Assembly: GCA_029856435.1 (NCBI GenBank)
Contig: JAHQXB010000142.1
Location: 1-16,952 of the forward strand
Direction of reading: 5' to 3'
DNA: 16,952 bases
Source: Candidatus Jordarchaeia archaeon
GTDB taxonomy: Archaea > Asgardarchaeota > Jordiarchaeia > Jordiarchaeales > Jordiarchaeaceae
Shown here: one piece after another, positions 1 to 5,979 of the stretch
Position numbering within the stretch: position 1 is the first letter of the stretch
Layout of the letters: each line of letters opens with the position of its first letter
Notes under the pieces: model-generated
What the model was told of the DNA's origin: nothing
The model's input: only the letters and a program-made list of their open reading frames with translations
Databases searched by the model: none
Made by a program: the position numbers and the translations under genes

Positions 1-116
1 CGGTTTCCTTTGTGGTTCTCTTTCCTTTATTGTTCCTTCTTTTTCCAGAAAGGAGCCTTAATAGGGCTTATTTCCAATGGGAACAGAGACCTCTTTTCCC
101 TAGGGGAATTATCCTC

Positions 117-124
117 AAAAAAAA
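117..124 (-). terminator. Candidate oligo-T terminator downstream of E1
   Basis: T8 run on the minus strand about 70 nt after the E1 stop. Archaeal intrinsic terminators are oligo-T tracts. Confidence 0.3.
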
Positions 125-192
125 TCCCCAAATCCCAAGGTGCACTAAAAACTTTTTATGACCCGATTTGTTTTTTCGGTTCCAATCGAAAA

Positions 193-1185
193 CTATGATA
201 TTTTGGCTCTCAGTTTCAGAGGTTTTCCCAGAGATTTGTCATATACGAAAAGTAGATCACCCGAGGCAAGATCCATATCTTCAATTTTTGTATCGTCTTC
301 AACAAACCTAGTTTTGTGGATAACCCTAATAGGAGCAACTAATCCTAAAGTTGCAGTAAGACGGTTTTTTAGTTCTCGAATAGTTTCTTTTTTGTCAATT
401 GCATATTCTATCCCTTCCAATCTGTATTCGTCACTACAGATGATACATTTAGGGTTCCTTTCGAGTTTGATTGTGGTGAAGCTTTGGCTTAACCCATCAT
501 AAAATAGATAATTGTCAATCAGCGTAGGTAAATCTAGTAATATTTTGATGGTTTCTTGCGCTTGAATGCCACTGAGGACAGCGCTAATTGTTGAAACTCC
601 GGGGAACTTTGGAGGTTCAACATTTTCCCTCTTCTTCCCCGGGGGTGTACACGATTTTTGGAATCTTTCACGCGGGAGAAGAGGTTGACATTCAAGGCAG
701 GGAGTCCGGTAGGGTATTATGACCTGAATGTTGCCGTACCATCCATACATCCCCCCATGCACTAAAGGTTTTTTTAAACCAACACATAATGAGTTCAGCC
801 AACGTCTAGCCTCGAAGGTATCAAGTCCGTCTACAATTACGTCACTTTCCTCAAAATATTTACGGGGGACTTCAGTCAAATTTTTACTCAGATCTACAAT
901 GTGGATACTCGGATTAATCTCTCTAAGTTTTTGTGCGGCTATTTTGGCTTTAAATTCGCCAATATCTTTTTCAGTAAATAAAAGCTGGCGATTGAGATTA
1001 GATAATTCAATTGTATCCATATCTACCAGTATTAATTTTCCTATACCCATTAATGATAGGAAAACTGCAACCATCGAACCTAATGCGCCAACTCCTGCTA
1101 TGAGTACTGTAGATTGCTGTATTTTCCCCTGATTCCACCCTTCAAGTATTTCCTGCCGATGATACCTACCTTCAACTTTTTCCAA
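193..1185 (-). CDS. Ubiquitin-activating enzyme E1-like protein (ThiF/MoeB/UBA fold with C-terminal ubiquitin-fold domain)
   Basis: Motifs RYHRQ, GVGALGS (nucleotide binding), DxDxIELSNLNRQ, two Zn-type CxxC pairs (CLEC, CIIC) and a candidate catalytic Cys in KSCT. The C-terminal ~70 aa has a beta-grasp pattern. Start moved from the ORF-track position 1251, which overlaps the E2 gene, to TTG at 1185, preceded by an SD-like GTGAGG (330 aa). Confidence 0.92.
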   Translation of the reverse strand: MEKVEGRYHRQEILEGWNQGKIQQSTVLIAGVGALGSMVAVFLSLMGIGKLILVDMDTIELSNLNRQLLFTEKDIGEFKAKIAAQKLREINPSIHIVDLSKNLTEVPRKYFEESDVIVDGLDTFEARRWLNSLCVGLKKPLVHGGMYGWYGNIQVIIPYRTPCLECQPLLPRERFQKSCTPPGKKRENVEPPKFPGVSTISAVLSGIQAQETIKILLDLPTLIDNYLFYDGLSQSFTTIKLERNPKCIICSDEYRLEGIEYAIDKKETIRELKNRLTATLGLVAPIRVIHKTRFVEDDTKIEDMDLASGDLLFVYDKSLGKPLKLRAKIS

Positions 1186-1229
1186 GGTTAATTCCTCACA
1201 AAAAGTAAGGTACGACAGTAAAAAAAGGA

Positions 1230-1688
1230 TTACTTTTTGAGACGGTCCCAAGTAGCATACTTTTTAACGTATTCTTTTGCGGTCTTACTGAATTCCTCCA
1301 GATTCCTATTCATTTGTCTGGCTGCTTCCGTATTAAGGGGAGAGTTAGGATTTGGGTAATTAAGAAGATTCCTTAAAGTCTCTACAACGCCTGCCATGCT
1401 CATAGTGGGTAGCCAGTCCTTGCCAAGAATATTTACACACACATTTTTTTGAAATATATTGGGATGCCAAATGTTCGTTTTCCAAATTACTTTTGGAGGT
1501 TCGTAGGGGAATTTTCTTGGAAGTATTATCTCTATCTCAAATACCCCTCCATCGTATATTCCCGTGCCTATAATAAATCCAGCCCACCTTCTCAAATCGC
1601 CATCAACTGGATGAAAGGATGGTTCCTCTTCTTCCATTATTTTAGCTTCTTGTACTAGTCTTGACTCATATTCCTCATCTGATAGTAT
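1230..1688 (-). CDS. Ubiquitin-conjugating enzyme E2 (UBC fold)
   Basis: Motifs YDGGVF, FPYEPPKV, WHPNI...VC (HPN plus catalytic Cys), DWLPTMS and PNPNSPLN. The frame stays open upstream of ATG 1637 and encodes the otherwise missing helix 1 (LSDEEYESRLVQEAKIM). The start is placed tentatively at ATA 1688, 7 nt after GGTGG. The product call is firm and the start is uncertain. Confidence 0.9.
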   Translation of the reverse strand: MLSDEEYESRLVQEAKIMEEEEPSFHPVDGDLRRWAGFIIGTGIYDGGVFEIEIILPRKFPYEPPKVIWKTNIWHPNIFQKNVCVNILGKDWLPTMSMAGVVETLRNLLNYPNPNSPLNTEAARQMNRNLEEFSKTAKEYVKKYATWDRLKK

Positions 1689-1773
1689 CTTGATCCCACC
1701 AATACACTTGCCTTTTTTAAGCAGATACTAACCCCTAAGGGGAGGAGTTAACTTATACAGTATCTATTTTGAA

Positions 1774-1792
1774 TTATAAGTTTAAAAATATA
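1774..1792 (-). promoter_or_regulatory. Candidate internal promoter for E2-E1
   Basis: The minus strand reads ATATATTTTTAAACTTATAA in an AT-rich patch about 90 nt upstream of the proposed E2 start. Confidence 0.3.
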
Positions 1793-1980
1793 TTTGGGGA
1801 GACAAACGCGGTCTAGTGTTTTAAAAATAGCAACTTAAGGTTGAGGCTTTTTGTGGGGTATTAAAACTGCTTCTATTTAGAAAGTTTGTTAGCTTGAGAA
1901 ACTCCCAACAGTTAACGTTAAAGAAAAACTATTAAACCCATCATTCCTCAAAAAACAACCACACACATACATTGTGTAGT

Positions 1981-2179
1981 GCAGCCGACTCCTCAGCACG
2001 GAATGCGGGAAGTTCGAAAAAGCCCAAAAAGAGGGCAGGGTCACAACCGGGAACATCCCCCACCGAAAACAGAGGAGATGTGCCTGCCTCAACCGTTCCC
2101 CGGGCGAAAGCCTCCCCATGAAACTTGAGGGAGGAAGACCCAAAGTTACGCAAAGTTAACGGGGGGTCAGAACGGTTAC
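1981..2179 (+). ncRNA. Candidate structured non-coding RNA, family unassigned
   Basis: About 57% GC over 1981-2180 versus about 32% at 1861-1920, with no credible protein. The ends pair: 1983-1987 with 2173-2177 and 1988-1994 with 2161-2167, with G.U pairs valid on + only. Nested stems are 2031-2039/2083-2090, 2053-2057/2077-2081, a GGC-GAAA-GCC hairpin at 2103-2112, and 2111-2116/2129-2134. Loops are A-rich or GNRA-like on +. A TATA-like CTATTAAA lies at 1929-1936. Confidence 0.45.
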
Positions 2180-2409
2180 CCTCCCTCTGTGCGTGTAACT
2201 AGGTATAGTTTGTCATAGGGTTGGACGCCGGCTTTTCCTAATGTGGTACCATCTTCAAGTTGTTGCCCTCTATATACTAAGATTAAAGTGGAAGCGGGAA
2301 CTCTTTTTTTCTTAGCTACCTGAGACTTTAGAGTCTCTATTTCGGTATCTTCACTTACATCAAACTCTAAAACTTCGCCACCAATTGCAGAAACTATCTT
2401 CACTATCAT
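2176..2409 (-). CDS. Ubiquitin-like modifier (77 aa, C-terminal GG)
   Basis: Collinear with ubiquitin at a +1 offset: DTEIETLK, LVYRGQQLEDGTTL (ubiquitin LIFAGKQLEDGRTL), LYLVTRTEGG-stop. SD-like GGTGA upstream. Neighbours are E1, E2 and RING genes. Confidence 0.93.
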   Translation of the reverse strand: MIVKIVSAIGGEVLEFDVSEDTEIETLKSQVAKKKRVPASTLILVYRGQQLEDGTTLGKAGVQPYDKLYLVTRTEGG

Positions 2410-2416
2410 TTTGTTC

Positions 2417-2668
2417 TCACCATTTTCTAACTTCTCTAATGTTTAGTGGTTTTCCACAATTAGGGCAGAAGCCCTTTATCTTCAACCACTCCAAAAGATG
2501 GTCGCGATGTGCTGGGAGCCCGCAAAAAGGACAATAAACTACCCTTTCTTCCTCTTTCACTTTTAAATTACACACGATACACTTTGCACTCCTAGTCCAA
2601 TCCCAAGTACCTACCACCTTGACATCGGTTATTATAAATCTGTCGGAACCGGCTCCCTGCACTTGCAC
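2417..2668 (-). CDS. Small RING-finger protein (putative E3 ligase), Rbx1/Apc11-like
   Basis: Ligand pattern C30-x2-C33-x12-C46-x2-C49-x4-H54-x2-H57-x10-C68-x2-C71, with EWLK..CP. GTG start after GAGGT. Ends 7 bp before the ubiquitin start. Confidence 0.88.
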   Translation of the reverse strand: MQVQGAGSDRFIITDVKVVGTWDWTRSAKCIVCNLKVKEEERVVYCPFCGLPAHRDHLLEWLKIKGFCPNCGKPLNIREVRKW

Positions 2669-2705
2669 TTACCTCTCTATGTTTATCTATATCTAGCATT
2701 TTTCC

Positions 2706-2720
2706 AATTATAATTTTTTT
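2706..2720 (-). promoter_or_regulatory. Candidate BRE/TATA promoter of the RING-ubiquitin unit
   Basis: The minus strand reads AAAAAAA-TTATAATT about 40 nt upstream of the GTG at 2668. Position and sequence only. Confidence 0.35.
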
Positions 2721-2734
2721 GATTCAGACATTCA

Positions 2735-2843
2735 GGTGATGTAAAATCGTTCGATTTCGCCTCAAAAAGGGGGGTGTTTATAGGGCTTCTTTCACGATTT
2801 GAAGCTTTATTAGGGAGATGGAATCGAATAAATCTGCATCACC
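2735..2843. mobile_element. MITE (109 bp, non-autonomous) with IS1-like terminal inverted repeats and 10-bp target-site duplication
   Basis: Left end GGTGATGTAAAATCGTTCGAT (2735-2755) versus the reverse complement of the right end GGTGATGCAGATTTATTCGAT (2823-2843): 16/21 identical. A perfect direct repeat CAGACATTCA abuts both ends (2725-2734 and 2844-2853). No ORF inside. Confidence 0.8.
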
Positions 2844-3209
2844 CAGACATTCAAATGCGAGGTGAGATTTGTATATTTTGTTATTTGGCCGTGTAGATTT
2901 TCCCAACTTCTCTTGTTATTTTTAACTTGGGAAAAGTTTGTACCTCCTGTAAATATTTAAAATTAGGAGTCTACTCCCTTTCCAAAAGCGAGTCTTCTAC
3001 TTAGGGCTTATTTTTAAAAATTTTAGCTATAAACTTGTTTATTAAACTATTCTTGTAGATTCCCTAAAGAAGCTTGTTCACATCATAGATTATTATTACT
3101 CCTAAAGGTGTTTTTAATTGAAATCCTTACACTTTGGGCAAGACTTTTAGCTTTCCTATGATATACTTAATTTATCCAGATAAAACACAATTCCTTTGAG
3201 GGCTGGCAT

Positions 3210-3665
3210 TTGTCAGAAGAAAAAGAGAAAGTTAAAATTCAGATTGAGGCCATCAAAACACCGGCGGGTGAGGTTCCCACAGTGGAATCTTTGAAAAGGG
3301 TGGTAGACGGTTTAAACACCCTAAATTCTGACATAGTAAATCTAAGTATGAATGTAGCAAGTAACATGTCTGCCATAGATAAAGAGCTCAGAAATATCCG
3401 TAAACTAGTTGCGGAGGGAACAGTTTCCATTGAAGTTATGTCACAGAAACTGGAGAAGGTTAGTAAACAGTTAGAGGCGTTAGTCAAAAGTGAAAAAGAG
3501 AAATGGGAAACACTCCAAGGAATTATGATGGACATAGCTGAAATTATAAAGGGTTTTCAAACCACACTTGAAGAGTCCTCATCAAGGGTGGACCAGAGAA
3601 TAAGTGAAACTCTCAAAGCCCTCGCAGAAATAATTGCCGTTTCTGCGAAAGAGGAACAAAAATAA
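3210..3665 (+). CDS. Hypothetical coiled-coil protein (151 aa)
   Basis: TTG start after a GAGGG SD-like motif. Heptad-rich helical sequence (e.g. MSQKLEKVSKQLEALVKSEKEKWETLQ). No TM segment or signal peptide evident. Confidence 0.8.
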   Translation: MSEEKEKVKIQIEAIKTPAGEVPTVESLKRVVDGLNTLNSDIVNLSMNVASNMSAIDKELRNIRKLVAEGTVSIEVMSQKLEKVSKQLEALVKSEKEKWETLQGIMMDIAEIIKGFQTTLEESSSRVDQRISETLKALAEIIAVSAKEEQK

Positions 3666-3707
3666 CATTGAAATTATTTGATTTTCTAAACAAAACCTAG
3701 ATACGTA

Positions 3708-3877
3708 TTGTTATGAAAAAGCTTTTCATTCTTTATCTAAAACGCGAAGCTTATGTTGGTTTGTTATGAAAAACTTGAGGTTTTCATTCTTTATCTAAAA
3801 CGCATAAGCGTATGTACGTTTACAATGAAAAAATTTGGTTTTCATCATTTGTCTAAAATGCTTTAGCGTATGTGTGT
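3708..3877. repeat. Three degenerate tandem repeats (53-59 bp), each with an ATGAAAA...TTTTCAT inverted repeat
   Basis: Units start at about 3708, 3761 and 3820. TTTTCATTCTTTATCTAAAACGC is identical in units 1 and 2 and degenerate in unit 3. All units end in a AGC(G/T)TATGT-like motif. Confidence 0.85.
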
Positions 3878-4049
3878 TTAGTTCGTAGGGGACTGATCTA
3901 ACATCATTCGCTTCTTTCCAAAAGGCGGTTGATTTTAAGGCCCCTCTACTTGAACAATTAACTTTTATACATGTTTAATACCAATCATATTTTTGTCTGT
4001 ATTTTTTGGGAGCGGTATGTGGAGGACAAATAAAAAAGAGAATGGAAAT

Positions 4050-5831
4050 TTACTCGATTGAAAGTTGGGGCTCTTTCCTAGTATATTTGCCTTCGCCTTC
4101 AACAGTATAGGATAGTGAAATCTCCTGTCCCGGCTCTATTCTCATAAATTTCCATGTAAGCACTAAGCCGTCGATAGTTTCAGTAACTTTTGGCGGCATT
4201 TCCTCTGGTTTCCACTCCACCAAACTGAAACCGGGGGCTACAAAGTCCTTTACTGTGACGTTTGCGATGGAAACTTCTCCGGTATTCACTATTGCCAGTG
4301 GAATTATGTGTTGTCCTGCTTTTGCGCCCGGAGATATAGCCTCTTTGTATATTCTTACAGCGCGTCGAGTATATTTGATTCCAATTTTTGGAGGGTTTGT
4401 TTCCAGCTCCAAGTATTCTACATTGGGTCCTGGTGATGTTGTGTTTGCCGTTGCTCTTAGTGGGGTTGTATAGTTCTTCTCAGGCTTTGGCTCCCAAGCC
4501 ATAATGGGGTAAACAAATTTTACATACTGTCCGGGATTTAATCCACCCACAAAGTTTTTCAGGTTCCTGACAAAAACCGTGAATCCGTGTCTTGTTGCAG
4601 GATTATCGTCGTTGGGATTGGTTATGATTTCTATGCCTTGAGATAACTCCTTTTCATTTACATAAACTTTTACGCGTTCATGTGCTGGGGGTTTGAAGTC
4701 TTCTGGAATGGTGTCGTAGATTGTTACCTGATCCAGCTGGGCGCTGCCAACATTTGACACTTGTACCGTTACAGTCATAGGTGTTTTGTCGTAGGCATCA
4801 ACTTGGGGCGGGGTGAATGTTTTCTCAACCAGAATCCTCTCCACTGGTAGTATAGTGTCCTCCTTTGTAATCTTGGCATATACGTGTCGTGTTACCTCTT
4901 TAACCACTTTGTAATCGACGTTTGTTTCAAAAACTGGGATTGTAGGACTTTTTATGCTAAATTTGTATTCCCAAGATTGCCTTGGTGGAATATCCTTGTT
5001 GGGCTCCAGAACAAGGAGTGGCTCCTTCTTTTCTCCTTTTATTTGGAAGACTTCCACTTTGAGAAGCCTTTGCAGAAATTCGCTGGTGTTCATAAATTCG
5101 AGTGTGCAATCCCAAGTTGATGGTTGGCTGGGGGATTCTGCCGGTTCCAGCGCAAATCTGCTGTCAGAAACAGAAATAATGTCAGGATTGAGGAGCGATC
5201 TGGTTCTATCCTTAATGTGGTACTCTGCGATAACTTTGCCCGCAGCAATTGGGTCTATGGACTCTGCGGTAACGCTAAATTTAACGACTAGTGATGCTTC
5301 ACTTCCCGGAGATAGTTCGAAGTTCTTCCATACAACTTCCCTCGTTTCAGGTTCAAATTCTGCGGTTCCCGTGTTAGGCGGTTCTATTTCTGGATCTCCA
5401 AAACCCTTCGGTATGAACTTTCTAACCTTTACCCTGTCTATGTACGCGTCTGTGGGGTTACTAACCGTTATAGTGCTACTCACGGGCATGGGTCTACGGT
5501 AGACCAGCGCCCAGTTAACTATATCATCTTCGTAGCAGGTGTCTATTACTTCCTTCAATTTAAGTACTGTTTCCTCAACAGGTACGCTATACTCCATAGT
5601 CCATTTTTTGCCTGCCTGTACTGCACCAACTGGTATGACACTCTCCTTCAAGGAAGTGGTTTCGATGCCTCCTAATCGAAGCTCAGCATTCCATATTCTA
5701 TTCTTCGAACTATTGTTGTTTACGGAAATGACGCCTTTTACATTTAGACTTTTGATTTCATGTTTCTCTGTGATAACGCAATCAACGTTCTCAGTTACAT
5801 CCACATTAAGTTTTATTCCTTCTGCGCTCAC
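4050..5831 (-). CDS. Mu-adaptin homology domain (MHD)-like protein with additional Ig-like (DUF11-type) domains
   Basis: The N-terminus LNVDVTENVDCVI...VKGVISV...ELRLG and the segment GTAEFEPETREVVWK...PGSEASLVVKF resemble the mu1/mu2 C-terminal domain. Two further beta-sandwich repeats follow (VTVQVSNVG...IYDTIP; LAIVNTG...VKDFV...LTWK...IEPGQ). No signal peptide. CDS certain, annotation moderate. Confidence 0.7.
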   Translation of the reverse strand: MSAEGIKLNVDVTENVDCVITEKHEIKSLNVKGVISVNNNSSKNRIWNAELRLGGIETTSLKESVIPVGAVQAGKKWTMEYSVPVEETVLKLKEVIDTCYEDDIVNWALVYRRPMPVSSTITVSNPTDAYIDRVKVRKFIPKGFGDPEIEPPNTGTAEFEPETREVVWKNFELSPGSEASLVVKFSVTAESIDPIAAGKVIAEYHIKDRTRSLLNPDIISVSDSRFALEPAESPSQPSTWDCTLEFMNTSEFLQRLLKVEVFQIKGEKKEPLLVLEPNKDIPPRQSWEYKFSIKSPTIPVFETNVDYKVVKEVTRHVYAKITKEDTILPVERILVEKTFTPPQVDAYDKTPMTVTVQVSNVGSAQLDQVTIYDTIPEDFKPPAHERVKVYVNEKELSQGIEIITNPNDDNPATRHGFTVFVRNLKNFVGGLNPGQYVKFVYPIMAWEPKPEKNYTTPLRATANTTSPGPNVEYLELETNPPKIGIKYTRRAVRIYKEAISPGAKAGQHIIPLAIVNTGEVSIANVTVKDFVAPGFSLVEWKPEEMPPKVTETIDGLVLTWKFMRIEPGQEISLSYTVEGEGKYTRKEPQLSIE

Positions 5832-5979
5832 AGCCTTTCCCTCGCCTAATTATTTAGGCGCAACCATTTTCTATATTATTACTTATCTTATTACACTTCG
5901 ACATTCTTTAACCTTTTTACTTGCACTCAAAATTGGTTTTTTGATTGTGTGTTGGCGCTTGAATTCTACTTTTTAGATT

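Noticed and set aside
70-92. ORB-like origin box (TTCCAATGGGAACAGAG)
   Set aside because: A single imperfect match without the G-string, with no cdc6/orc gene and no second box in view.
1186-1251. E1 N-terminal extension from the ORF track (MGPSQKVILFLLSYLTFC)
   Set aside because: It overlaps the E2 3' end, is not E1-like, and an SD-supported TTG exists at 1185.
1985-2000. Hammerhead ribozyme (CTGAGGAG on the minus strand)
   Set aside because: No downstream stem II plus GAAA on that strand, and no CUGANGA upstream of the GAAA words on +.
2031-2115. SRP (7S) RNA, suggested by CATC...GAGATG and CCTGCC stems
   Set aside because: The helix-8 signature CAGG-(stem-GNRA)-AGCA is absent, the GGCAGG partner is on the wrong side, and the region is too short.
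1889-2153. ORF-track ORFs 1889..2143 and 1941..2153 as extra ubiquitin-operon genes
   Set aside because: No recognisable motifs or SD, atypical composition, and the region is better explained by base-paired structure.
1960-2175. SECIS or stop-codon recoding element after ubiquitin
   Set aside because: The stop is TAA, there is no in-frame UGA to recode, and no AUGA/GA kink-turn core was found.
3708-3877. CRISPR mini-array or type III toxin-antitoxin RNA array
   Set aside because: The would-be spacers resemble each other, there are only three degenerate units, no cas genes or leader are present, and no co-oriented toxin ORF follows.
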